DNA of 43,905 bases from Chrysochromulina tobinii (lineage: Eukaryota), in NCBI GenBank assembly GCA_001275005.1, contig JWZX01003026.1, positions 1 through 43,905 of the forward strand, in the 5' to 3' direction. Positions within the stretch are counted from its first letter, which is position 1, and each line of letters opens with the position of its first letter. The position numbers and the translations under genes were made by a program. Positions 1-10,600 of this stretch are shown piece by piece. Below the pieces are notes generated by a model that saw only the letters and a program-made list of their open reading frames with translations, was not told where the DNA came from and searched no databases.

Positions 1-759
1 ACCAGCATGGCCAGCCACATGCCGTCGTGTTCCGCAACGTTCGCTGCGTGCCAGACTTCCACTACACGCTGCTCTCGGTCACGCAGCTCTGGGAAGAACA
101 GCGCATCGACGCGCAATTCGCCGACAGCCGCTCTCTCCGCCTGCCCAACGGCATGCGCTTCCCATACCTTGCCAACCGTCGCCTGCCGTCTCTCTCCATG
201 GTCAGCACAGCTCGCCTCGTGCCCAAGCCACCATCCACCCTGGTCGCCGCGCCCAATCTGCCGACCACGCTGGGGCGCTCGTCACCTTCCTTGACGCATC
301 CGCCGCCCGGTTTGGGGTTAGTGGTGTCTCCGTTGTCCGCTTCCAGCTCGAGCACCTCCGAGCTTCCACCTGTTCACGAGGTTAGGAGCCTTGGAGCTGA
401 GCCAGCCCCTCGGGAGGACTGCACTCTCCCTGGCTGCACCGTAAATCCTCCATCAGCTCCATCAGCTCCACCTGGCCTGTCACAGCCAGCCGCTGCCTCC
501 GTCGCCTCCAATCAGGCTCCTTCGCCCCAGTTTGCAGCCCCCTCGCCGCCTCTGCACTCGAGCTCGCCATCGCCTGCTTCTACTGGTACTGCAGCACCCC
601 CCGAGCCAAAGGTGTTCCCTGAGTACAGAGGGCCTCAACACCCTCCCACTCTCGAGAACCAGCGGCAAGGAGCACTGCCCACTTCATCGACCGCCTCCAA
701 CCGGGCTCTTGGGTTCCATCGCGTCGGCGCCACCTCCCACGTCGCTCGCCTCCCAGCGA

Positions 760-3573
760 CTCACCGGCAGGCCGCCGCGTGTGATGGACCTCGCCTCCTT
801 TGGCTCACGCGCCGTCGTGCTCAAGCCACCGACTCACCAGCACAAGCCGAGCCTCAGCCCGCGCGGCTGGCTTGGCTCCTTTCTCGGCCGCTCCCGCTAT
901 TCCAAGGGGGGGTACGACGTGCTAGTCGGCCAGAAGATCGTCACCTCGTCGAGCGTCCTTGTCGACGAGGAACACTTCGACTGGGCTCCGCTTGCCAAAC
1001 GGCACCAGCCCCTCACCGCCGTCGCTCACGCCCCCGAATCGCCTCAGCGTCCGACCGCCCCGCCTCGCCTTCTGCCCGCCGGCGCCCCCGCGACGCGCAC
1101 CCTCGCCGACCCAATCTTCGGCCCCGCGCCATTATTGACGTCCTCGGTCCACGGGGGGGTCTCGCTGCCCCCTCCTCGCGACGATGGGGGGGTGCCATCA
1201 CCATCGCCCTCGGCCTCACAGCCCGCGCCGCAATCCCCACCATCTCCGCCTCGTTCGTCATTGCCGCGCGCTTCCCCCGTCGCCTTCCCCCCGCTCGACG
1301 ACCCACCTACCAACGCCTGTGACGGCGTTCCGCAGCGCGCTGCCCGCCCCAAGCCCTTGGTCGACTACTTCAAGAAGCAGCCCCGCAGGCGTGAGTGGGG
1401 CCCCAAATGGCTTGATGCGGTTGGTGCCGACCCCAGAATCCCCGGGCCCCTCGCCACCGTGCCCGAGGAGACGCCCTCGACCCCACCGGCTCCCTCGCCT
1501 CCATCGCCGTCGGCTGCGCTCTCGCCTCTACCCGCTTCCTCGCCCGTGGATTACTCCCCCGACGGCACCCACGGATTCGGCTCCTCATACACTCCCTTTG
1601 TTACGGCCGATGCCTCCGAGCCTCTTCCGCCCCTTCCTCCCGGCGCTGCCCTCCGACTCGAGATGACCGGCACCCGCGCCGCGCTGCACGCGCACCTCTA
1701 TTCACACCTCGACATCATGGAGGCATCCGTCGCTCAGACGCTCTTGGCCGCGGCCGCCGACGCGCCCTTGCCGAGGGCAGCAACTCTTGACCTAGTACCG
1801 ATCTCGCCGTGGTCCGCTCTCGACAGCCATCGCGTCCCTCACAAATCGGTGCGGCTTCCCGGCGGCGGCCGCGCTCTGCCCGTGTTTGTCGCCCTCGGGC
1901 TCAACGAGGACCTTTACTCGCCTGACGTACTGACCAATCTTGCTCGTCTTGGCCAAGCTCTTCGCGCCGACTCTCCCGGAGCTCCTTCCACTCATCGTGA
2001 GGCCGTTGAGGCTGGGCAGATCTGGCTAGATGCCGAAGCCAAAGAGCTTGGCAACCACGCGCGGAACGCCTCCTGGACTTCGATTCCGCGCAGCGAGGTC
2101 CCGAGCGATCGCCGCATCCACAAGCTGATATGGGTGTACAAGCTCAAGCGCGACGGGTCAGCCAAGGCGCGACTGTGCGTGCAAGGCAACACTTTGCAGC
2201 CGGGAGTCGACTTTGACCAAACCTGGTCCTCTGCCCTCCGCTATTCTTCAGCACGCGCGCTCTTCGCCTACGCCGCGCGCAAGGGTTGCCGCGTGCGCAG
2301 CGTAGATCTGGTCGCCGCTTACCTGCAAGGCCGCTTCGTCGACGGCGAGGTCGTCTACTGCTACCTTCCGACCGGCTACGTCGAGCTCGACTCCAACGGT
2401 CAACCTCTGATCGCCCGTGTCGAAAAACCTATATATGGCATCCAACAGGCAGGCCGTCGCCTCCAACGCATGCTCTTTGCGTGGTTAATCGCACAAGGCT
2501 TCACCGCCCTCGATGACTCCGACCCTTGCGTGTTCACTCGCGTTCACCCTGACGGCGAGATCATCACCATCGGCGTGTACGTCGACAACCTTCAGATCGT
2601 GCACTCCGCCGTGCTCGACGCCGACGGCCGCGGCCCCGCTGGTTGTGCCTACAACTCCTTCATGGACTCGCTCGCCGGCGACTGGGACATCACCGACGAG
2701 GGCCCCATGGAGGACCTCCTCGGCATCGAGGTAGACTACCTCGCAGACGGCGCGATCAAACTGCACCAGACGTCCTACATCAAGAAGCTCGTCGAACGCT
2801 TCCTTCCGCACGGTCCGCTTGAGAAAGTGCAGCGCGGCTCGCTGCCCTACTCGTCCGACTTCCTCAAGCACATCGCCGACGCGCTCGCGCTCCCCCCGGA
2901 GAGCTATCCGGAGCTGGTCCGACCCATGCAGGAGCGCCTCGGCTGCCTCATGTACGCGGCAACATCTACTCGCTGTGATATCGCCTTCCCTGTGCACTAC
3001 CTGTGTAAGTGCCTTCAGCGACCTACGCCCGAGCTCATCCGCGAGACGGACTTTATCCTCTCGTACCTCGCGCGCTTGCCGTCAGCTGGCCTTACGTACA
3101 CACGCGAGCAGATGCGCCTTTCGGGCTTCTCCGACGCGTCGTGGGAGACAGCGGCCTCGACGTCTGGCTGGGTGGTACTGTGGCAATCAGCCGCGCTGTC
3201 CTGGGGCTCGCGCAAGCAAAAGTCCATCGCGCTGTCTTCCTGCGAGGCCGAGATCATCGCCCTCTCCGAGGCCGCCAAGGACGTGGTCTACCTGCGCAAG
3301 CTCATTCGCGGCCTCGGCGAGCCCGAGCCCGGACCGTCGACGCTCGCCACCGATTCCCAGAGCGCGCGTGACGTCTCATACAACCCAGAGCACCATGATC
3401 GCATGAAACACGTCCAACGACGGCACTTCTTCATCCGCGACATGGTCGAATCCTTCGAGATCGAGGTGCCCTTCGTGCGCACCGCCGACAACCTCGCCGA
3501 CTTCTTCACAAAGCCGATGAAATCCGCCAACCGGTTCCACGCCTTCAGGAAAACTATTATGAACGAGCTGTGA
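760..3573 (+). CDS. copia pol C-terminal frame: SH3-like post-integrase region, reverse transcriptase, RNase H
   Basis: Uninterrupted frame (ORF 532..3573) carrying the copia RT and RNase H motifs; homology appears to begin near 760. Confidence 0.9.
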   Translation, partial: LTGRPPRVMDLASFGSRAVVLKPPTHQHKPSLSPRGWLGSFLGRSRYSKGGYDVLVGQKIVTSSSVLVDEEHFDWAPLAKRHQPLTAVAHAPESPQRPTAPPRLLPAGAPATRTLADPIFGPAPLLTSSVHGGVSLPPPRDDGGVPSPSPSASQPAPQSPPSPPRSSLPRASPVAFPPLDDPPTNACDGVPQRAARPKPLVDYFKKQPRRREWGPKWLDAVGADPRIPGPLATVPEETPSTPPAPSPPSPSAALSPLPASSPVDYSPDGTHGFGSSYTPFVTADASEPLPPLPPGAALRLEMTGTRAALHAHLYSHLDIMEASVAQTLLAAAADAPLPRAATLDLVPISPWSALDSHRVPHKSVRLPGGGRALPVFVALGLNEDLYSPDVLTNLARLGQALRADSPGAPSTHREAVEAGQIWLDAEAKELGNHARNASWTSIPRSEVPSDRRIHKLIWVYKLKRDGSAKARLCVQGNTLQPGVDFDQTWSSALRYSSARALFAYAARKGCRVRSVDLVAAYLQGRFVDGEVVYCYLPTGYVELDSNGQPLIARVEKPIYGIQQAGRRLQRMLFAWLIAQGFTALDDSDPCVFTRVHPDGEIITIGVYVDNLQIVHSAVLDADGRGPAGCAYNSFMDSLAGDWDITDEGPMEDLLGIEVDYLADGAIKLHQTSYIKKLVERFLPHGPLEKVQRGSLPYSSDFLKHIADALALPPESYPELVRPMQERLGCLMYAATSTRCDIAFPVHYLCKCLQRPTPELIRETDFILSYLARLPSAGLTYTREQMRLSGFSDASWETAASTSGWVVLWQSAALSWGSRKQKSIALSSCEAEIIALSEAAKDVVYLRKLIRGLGEPEPGPSTLATDSQSARDVSYNPEHHDRMKHVQRRHFFIRDMVESFEIEVPFVRTADNLADFFTKPMKSANRFHAFRKTIMNEL

Positions 3574-3627
3574 CCCTTCATGCCGCTTCGGGAGATAGTC
3601 TGCCCTTCCGTGTCACCCACGTCGGTC

Positions 3628-3637
3628 AGAGGGGGGG
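3628..3637 (+). other. polypurine tract of the copia element; 3' LTR would start at about 3638
   Basis: AGAGGGGGGG about 55 nt after the pol stop, the usual PPT position. Confidence 0.7.
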
Positions 3638-3796
3638 CGTCCGAACGCGTCATCACGCGTCAAGTAGTTCACAGTCCGGTGTTGTTTCGTGTAACGTACG
3701 GTAGGCGAGGGTTAGGCGCGGTTTTTTAGGATTCAAGCAGGCACTCGACCTCTTCAGTCCGACGCCGTGCGCTCCGACCGCACGCGCAACGACGCT

Positions 3797-3925
3797 GATA
3801 TGTATCCAGTGTGACACCAAGGAAGCGTCCAAGATACATGTTTAACATGACATGTATCGTGATTTTGTATCTCGGTGTATCCTGATGTATCATAAGATGT
3901 ATCCTGATGTATGTATCCAGTGACA
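3797..3925. repeat. AT-rich cluster of TGTATC motifs with a 9-bp inverted repeat; possible transposon-end or LTR remnant
   Basis: TGTATC at about 3801, 3853, 3866, 3876, 3886, 3898 and 3912. GATACATGT (3833-3841) pairs with ACATGTATC (3850-3858). ATGTATCCAGTG is repeated at 3800 and 3911. Confidence 0.6.
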
Positions 3926-3979
3926 TCACGTGTTCACGTGGAAGCAAAGCAATGAGGGAGGGCGAACGCAGGGGAGAGA

Positions 3980-5302
3980 ATGCGCCAGCGGCCTATGCTC
4001 TTGAGAGAGTACATCCGCCACGCACTCTACGTGCGCGGCGATGGCGGGTACTTTGGTAAGCATGTCGTCGGTGGCCTGACTCAAGCCATCGACTTTGCAG
4101 CTCTCAAGGACGAGGCTGCGTACCGACGCCGCGTGGCGGATGTTGCAGCGGTCGCCGCCTCACGCGGCAGCGCGTGGCTCACGCCCTCCGAAGTGTTCAC
4201 GCCGCATTACGGGCGATCGGTCGCACGCAGCATCATCCAGCGGCATCGCCATCTATATCCGGGTGAGCCGCTGCAAATCATTGAGGTGGGTGGTGGCAAC
4301 GCAACCTTTGCTACAGACGTGCTCGGACATGTGCGTCAAGACGCAGCCGATTTGTTCGGCTCGTGCCGCTACGTGATGCTCGAGATCTCCGAGCGCCTCG
4401 CCGGCATCCAACGTGAGCGCTTGCGCAATGAGGGCTTCGAGGACAACGTCGAGGTGGTCCACCGATGTGCGTTTGAGTGGGCCCAGGATCGCAGCGGCGG
4501 CAGCAGCAGCGTGCTCGAGGGCCCATGGCACATTGCGATGCTCGAGGTGCTCGACAACATGCCGCACGACAAGGTACGTGTGCGCGAGCGTGCCGATGGC
4601 AGCCTCGAGGCCGTGGAGGCGCTCGTCATAGAGGAGGAGGTCTTTGACAGCACGACCAAGTCTGCGAGGCTGCAGTATACCGAAGACTTCCGACCGTTGC
4701 AGGAGGCCACGGTGCGTGAGGTCCTCGAAAGCCTCGGCCTCACCTCTATGGACGCGCTGCACGAGCTGCAGGCCGACATTGCCGCCACCGAGGGCGCTGG
4801 CGCGGGCGCGGGACTGGCGCTAGGTATGCATGGGTTGCTCAGCGGCCTCATGTCGGCCGCGGCGCCTCTGGAAGCTTTCATTCCAACGGGCAGCCAGAGG
4901 CTCCTCGGTGCGCTTTGTCACGCGTGCCCGGAGCACCAGTTCACAATCGCCGACTTCAGCTGGCTGCCGCCGCAGCCCAGTGGCGCGATTCTCGCGCCGG
5001 TGGTGCAGACGCAGCGTGGAGGACATACGATCGACATGCGTGGCGACTACCTGCGTCATCCAGGCGAGGCTGACATCCTGTTCCCGACGCACTTTGGGCT
5101 GCTGGCGCGGCTAGTGGGAGCGGCCTCCAAGGCTTCGCGGGGTTCGCGGGGGCAACCGGTCGAGGTGAGCCACGTGTCAACCGCCGACTTTATGCGCCGC
5201 CACCACGACGTCAAGACGACCGCGACGCGCGACGGCTTCAATCCGCTCCTCGACGATTTTGTGAACACGCGAATACTGTGGACCGGCGGCGACCATATGT
5301 GA
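3980..5302 (+). CDS. NDUFAF7: SAM-dependent methyltransferase, MidA/NDUFAF7 family (complex I assembly arginine methyltransferase-like)
   Basis: LREYIRHALY...GYF, WLTPSEVFTPHYG, IIEVGGGNAT (SAM motif I), LEISERLA, LEVLDNMPHD, GEADILFPTHF. Confidence 0.85.
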   Translation: MRQRPMLLREYIRHALYVRGDGGYFGKHVVGGLTQAIDFAALKDEAAYRRRVADVAAVAASRGSAWLTPSEVFTPHYGRSVARSIIQRHRHLYPGEPLQIIEVGGGNATFATDVLGHVRQDAADLFGSCRYVMLEISERLAGIQRERLRNEGFEDNVEVVHRCAFEWAQDRSGGSSSVLEGPWHIAMLEVLDNMPHDKVRVRERADGSLEAVEALVIEEEVFDSTTKSARLQYTEDFRPLQEATVREVLESLGLTSMDALHELQADIAATEGAGAGAGLALGMHGLLSGLMSAAAPLEAFIPTGSQRLLGALCHACPEHQFTIADFSWLPPQPSGAILAPVVQTQRGGHTIDMRGDYLRHPGEADILFPTHFGLLARLVGAASKASRGSRGQPVEVSHVSTADFMRRHHDVKTTATRDGFNPLLDDFVNTRILWTGGDHM

Positions 5303-5540
5303 CCATTTTGGGCTTTCTTGTTAACAGTGAAACGAGACACAGCGACACAGGGGGCGCGAACAACCACAAAATAATCTGTAATCTCGGAAAAGCTGTGGGG
5401 AGCTAAGCACAGTGAGAGTTAGAGCGACCAGTGATCTGCGAGCCCACCCTCGCGAAGTGGTGGGGCACAGGCCGATTCGATGACCTTTTCAAAAGTTTTG
5501 TTCACAGGACATTGTTGCGAAGACGCGCCTTTTGGCGCCC

Positions 5541-6469
5541 ATGGCCGACTTCGACGATGGTGTGGCTCACGCTCGATTCAACTCCCACCACGCCCATATC
5601 GCTCGCCAACTCTGAATGCCCGTATCATCGCACCCTCGTACCGTGCGCGCAGCACCCTCGAGCAGTACCTCGGACGACATTGAGCGGCTGCGTATTGTGT
5701 GCGTCAACGAGCGCTTTGCGCCCGAGCTGCTGCCACACGAGGCGGAGCTCATCAAGCGCTTGCAGGACATGGTCGAGGAGCAGGTGAGTGTGCGCACATG
5801 TCACCCTGCAGCAAGTGGATATTGCTCGCGCCTCACCGGCGATCCTGCTCGCACAGGAGAAACGGATTTCCGAGCTCAGAGCAGACCAGTCGCAGTCGCG
5901 CCTGATCTATGAGCTGGAGAAGGAGCGCGTCATGTATCGACTATCCTCGTATTTGAAGGCGCGCATCTGTAAGATCAAACGTCTCGCGCTGTACCTCGCC
6001 TCCCCCGAGGGTGCCGATGCACGCTCACACATGACCGATAAGGTACGTGCGAGGCGCGTGTGCTGCTACGCTGTCAAGCCCCCCGGCGGTGCTGCGAGTG
6101 GCCACCGAGCTCGAACCCGACCACGCCCCCGCCGACGCCTTAACCACCGCGCCACCCTGTGTGCAGGAGCAAACCTTCCACAATAAGTACGTGGAGCTGT
6201 ACAAAGAGCATGTGATGCTGGAGGCATGGGGGCACGCAAGCGCACAGGCATTGCCGCCCCGTGTCAAGGACATCGCCTCGGCGGCTGAGCTTCTTGCGAA
6301 GCCGCCCAACATCCAGACGCACGTCTTCTGCGTCGCCACGCGCGCGTGTGACCCGATCGTGCTGAGCAGTGGTAGAGTAGTCGATCAGCTCGCCAGAGGC
6401 GAGGTAGCCATGCTACCGTATGCGCCACTCCGCCCGCTGCTTGCCAATGGCGACGTGCAGCTGTGCTAG
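5541..6469 (+). CDS. SLD5: DNA replication GINS complex subunit Sld5; 4 exons: 5541-5559, 5653-5783, 5857-6042, 6167-6469
   Basis: NERFAPELLPHE, YELEKERVMYRLSSYLKARICKI, PPNIQTHVFC and C-terminal YAPLRPLLANGDVQL match Sld5/GINS4. Three GT...CAG introns join the pieces in frame. Confidence 0.88.
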
Positions 6470-6850
6470 ACTGAAGCCTGCTGGGGGGGCTGCCGTGCCA
6501 TGTGCTTGGCGTTGTAAGCCTGTGTCTGGACCGGATCGGCAGAACCGCTGAAGGCGGGCGGAGAAGGGCCGGGACTGGGGGGAGAGCGGGGAGTCGCATC
6601 CGGGCGGCGGGTAACGATGAACCCACGACCCGACGCCGCCCACGACCGAACCGGGTCGTCGCGTCTCCCGAGATCCGCCCACCGTATGCTGCGCTCGCCG
6701 CTCATCCTAATTTTTTGTAATACGCGGTGTATGCGTCGATTTGTTCTGATATTTGAAGAAGCTGATAAATTGTCACACTGATACAGCCGCTGTTAACCGG
6801 ATAGTGGGTGCCTAGCTGCGTCCCTGTTTCCGGTGCTTCTCTGCAATGTG

Positions 6851-6922
6851 AACGCCGCGCTTGCCTCAAGTCTTTGCGTCCCAGTGGCGTGGGTTTCAGC
6901 GTAGACCTTCATGAGCGGTGTC
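6851..6922 (-). promoter_or_regulatory. candidate eukaryotic SECIS element (form II) in the 3' UTR of the 7400..6990 gene
   Basis: Minus strand reads CCGCUC-AUGAA-GGUCUACGCUG-AAA-CCCA-CGCCAC-UGGG-ACGCAAAGACU-UGAG-GCAAGCG. It has an AUGA/UGAG core, a GGUCU/AGACU helix II, unpaired AAA 12 nt above AUGA, a CCCA/UGGG mini-stem and a CGCU/AGCG helix I. Confidence 0.72.
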
Positions 6923-6989
6923 GTTCGCGAGGGTGGGTAGTCGGTGCCTAACTAGAAGAAGGTAAAGAGGGGATGCGAGAGCCTGTCAC

Positions 6990-7400
6990 TTAGCCCGGCG
7001 GAGCGCCGCGGCGACCTCCACCTTTGGTACCATGGGACGGGGGTTGCTGCTGGCTCTTGACCCCCGTGCGTCAGGGCTTGATAAACTTTTTCGCGCCGAA
7101 CTCGCCCTGCATGCGGTACTCCTTGACCTTAACATCTTGGCGGATCTCCTCGCGCGAACCACCCTCGATGCAGGAGCCGAAGAGATCCTCGGCCGTGACT
7201 TTGCGCTGCTGCCTCTGTTCATCGCACGATGACAACACAGCTTCCGCGTGCGCGAGCCGGGCGGCCACGATGGCTGCGATGATGGCTCTCCGCTTGGTTT
7301 CCAGCGCACTGGCGGCGGACGCGGAGACGGGTTCACACAGATCACCCTGGGACGGGCTCGCAAACGGGCTCGCGGTTGCGAAGCCGAGTTCCTCGAGCAT
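6990..7400 (-). CDS. candidate selenoprotein of unknown family, 136 aa with Sec at residue 110 (109 aa if TGA is a stop)
   Basis: ATG at 7400 follows an AT-richer upstream region. The frame MLEELGF...YRMQGEFGAKKFIKP-TGA(7073..7071)-RTGVKSQQQPPSHGTKGGGRRGAPPG ends at TAA (6992..6990), with the SECIS-like hairpin downstream. Confidence 0.62.
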
Positions 7401-7652
7401 ATCCCTTCGACACGTTCCCGGCACCGTTCCCTGTGAACAAGCTCCTGGAAAAAGTATTTAAACATTCAACCTTGCTTCACCAACAGACACCTTTCCACCA
7501 ATCTCAGTTATTTGCCGTTCTGACGCGACAATTCCACATTGACGAGCAAGCCGCCTCGCCGCACGCCGGTGCTCGCTAAGTGAAACCGGCAATTCACTTT
7601 GGTTTGGCACCGACACTAGGCGCTTGGCTATCTTGTAGTACGACCACCCGAA

Positions 7653-10600
7653 CTAGGCTAGTAGTACTACCTTGAGCGAGGCTCGCTTGGGCTTGGTGTC
7701 GGGCTTGGGACTGCCGACCTTCTCGCTCACCTCGAGACTCGAGGTGAGCGAGAAGGTCGGGGTGGCGAAACTGCCGTCCGTGATGCGCCGTTCGCCGGGC
7801 TGGCCTCGACGCGCGGCGCGCTCGGTGCCCTTCGTCTGGAACTCGTCCAAAGCCATCTCGACGATCTCGTCGGCCGTGTGCTGCCGCGGCTTGTCCCCCG
7901 CCGCCAGTGCTCCTCCCGCGCCGGTCAGCTGCCATAGCTTCTGGGCCTCCTTCGCCTGGCGCGTCTTGAGCGCCTCCTCTGAGACGAAGGACATGGCGAT
8001 CGGAGCGAACTCGCCACCGCCCTCGCCCTGACGGTCCTTGTCGAGGGAGATGATCACCTTGGGGTCGCAGGCACCCTTGAGGAACAGGGAGATGTCATAC
8101 GTGCCATCTTCGTGGTCCTCGACCTCGAGGAGCGCCTCCTGCTGCGGCGGCAGGTTGGCCGACTGCAGCCGGCCTGCGACGGCCGCGCCGCCGTGATCAA
8201 CCCGGTTGCCGCACCGGTCCTTGACCGTCAACAGGATCGAATACTTGCGCTGCGAGAAGAGGGCATTCGACACCGGACACTCTGGGTCTGTCGGCAGCTC
8301 GTAGCTCGAGCGTCCAATGTCGGGCAGGTTGGGGATGCACTCAAAGTCGACTGGTGAGCCCGCAATGGGCGCGCCCGCGAGTCGCACGTGCATTGCGTAC
8401 CGCCCCGCGAGCTGCGGCTCGTAGCGAACGTCGTAGTTGGTGAGGCCCGACCGGATGGAGATGTTCGGCATCAGCTCGAGCTCGGTGCCCTCGGGGGTCG
8501 TGAGTGTCACGCTCAGCGCACCTTCGGCCGCCGCGGTGTTGTTTCCCAGCTTGTCGCGGATGCGAGGGCGCACCACGATAGGCTCACCTGCGAGGATCTC
8601 ATTCGAGTCCTCGTAGGTGCTCCTCAGCTCGCGCATCTGGCTCCGCTTCTGGGCTGTTACCTGCTGCTTGAGCCCGGCGCCCTTCCCGCGCCCCTCCGCG
8701 TTCGGGTCGAGCCGCGTGAAACCCTCGACGCTGCTTCCGCGCGCGTGAGCGCGGCCCGCCGCGCAGTGCATCTCAAAGGGCGAGAGCGGTAGCGCGACGC
8801 GCTTGTCGTCGTCGTCGGCGCAGCACCACACGTGCAGCTCGAGGTCACCCGCCACATCAGCCACGTACTTCACCTCAAACTCCGCGCCGTGCCACGTGCC
8901 CTCGATCGGATGTGCGACGGCACTCTTCCACCGATCGGCTATGATCGTCTTCTCAGCACGGTCTTTCTTATCGACGCCTTCGACGGGAGGAAGCATGGCC
9001 ATCTCGAACTTGAGATTGGCCGACGGCTGCGCCGCGTTGCCGAAGCGGTCCTTGCACTTAATGCGGAAATCCGCGGGCTTGCCGGCCACCGCCTTGGTCA
9101 ACCCGCTTCCGATGAGCTCCGACTGCTTCAGATCGGGCGGCTCGCTCGTGAGCGTGAGTGGCATGGGGGACCCGAGAATGGGAACGCCGTCCACGCTCAC
9201 GTGCGCGTCGAAGACGCCCGCCACCTTCGAGCGCCATACGAGCAGGTAAGTGCCATCGTTGTTGTCGACCACACGCGACTCGATCCTCTTGTCGCCGCCA
9301 GAGCACACGATAGTCGCACCGCCCGCCTCGCACGCGTTGCCCATCATATCAGACGCCTTGAGCACCACGCGGCAGCCCGACTCACTCGAGTTGCCCACCA
9401 CACCGCGCATAGGCAGCATGTGCGCGAGCACTGCCGTAGTGAGCGCAGAGGCGGGCCCAGCCGACACCTTGAGCACGAACGGTGACCCAGGCAGCTGGAC
9501 GCCTTCGTGCCGGAGGGCCACGTGCAGACGGTAGGTGCCGCACATGGCGATCGAGTAATGCACGTTGTGCACCTCGACGATCTGGCCGTGGGCATGCAAA
9601 CGACCCGGGTCGACTCCGCCAAACGCGAAGCCGATGCGCTTCGGGTCGGAAGCGAGCTCGTTGGCGTACACGGACTGGTACGAGGCCGCGTCTATCGTGC
9701 TCTTGATCCGCTTGTGCGTATCAACCGTGGGCAGCGCCACGGCCGTCGCGAGCTTGCCAAGGCGAGCAGCGCCGACAGCCTTCGATATCTGCATCGCCAG
9801 CATAGCCTCGCCGCCAAAGCGGCGGTCGACGGCGATCCGTCGCGCCCACATGATCTGATGCTGCTGCCGCTCGCCCGCCGGCAACACGCCGCGTGGTGTG
9901 ACCAGCTCTCGCCCACCCTTGTGCACAGTCACCCACCCGATGGCCTGCCGGGGAGTCGCTGCCCCCCTCCCTCGGGGCGACGAACGTGGGGCGGGGGCAG
10001 CGGGGACGGGCTTAGGCATGTCGGTTGCAGTTTGGCTCGTCGAAGCGTGGAAGGTGGTCGAGGGTTGGCTGGTCGAAGCGTGGAAGGTGGTCGAAGCGTG
10101 GAAGGACGATGAGGGAGGCGCAGAGGCGGCGGCGATGGCCTGGGCTGAGGAGGGCTTGGTTGGCGTCCTGGGCGTGCGTGGGGTTGCCGATGATCGGCGG
10201 CGGCCGCTGCTGCTGCCACTCGAGCTGGGGCCGGCGGTGGCCGTGTAGTGCCCGAATGGCGCAAACGTGCCTGCCCGGAACGGCGACCCATTCTCGTGGC
10301 TCGGCAGCGGCAGCGGCGGCTCCACCGGACGCGTGCCACCGCCCGGGCTGCGCGGCGTGCGTCCGGGGGATTTGGCGCGGGGGGTGGGCACGCTCTCAAG
10401 CCATTGCGGGCGTACGACGTGCGCGTCCCGCCAGTCATAGCGTCCCGGGAGGTCGAGCTCTGGCCCATCGTTCTCATCCGCGAGCGCGACCGACGCTCGC
10501 ACCGCGGGTTGACCATCCTCGACAGTGTGCACGCACTCCAATAAGGTCAGCCGTTGACCCGGGTAGAGCTGCCCAAGCTTTTCGCTCTCGAGCTCGAGGC

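Larger units (their letters stand above)
1..3637 (+). mobile_element. Ty1/copia LTR retrotransposon, 3' part of pol (internally deleted; 5' part lies outside the window)
   Basis: Frame at 27 gives FRNVRCVPDFHYTLLSVTQLW, like the copia protease C-terminal motif. Frame 532..3573 gives the post-integrase segment LTGRPPRVMDLASFGSRA...GWLGSFLGRS...SSSVLVDEEHF, then RT (WVYKLKRDGSAKARLCVQG, DLVAAYLQG, IYGIQQAGR, GVYVDNL) and RNase H (FSDASW, SSCEAEIIA, DSQSA, NLADFFTK). A purine tract follows the stop. Confidence 0.95.

Noticed and set aside
3706..3716. Telomere-like GGGTTAGG (also TTAGGG near 19143)
   Set aside because: Single isolated units, not arrays.
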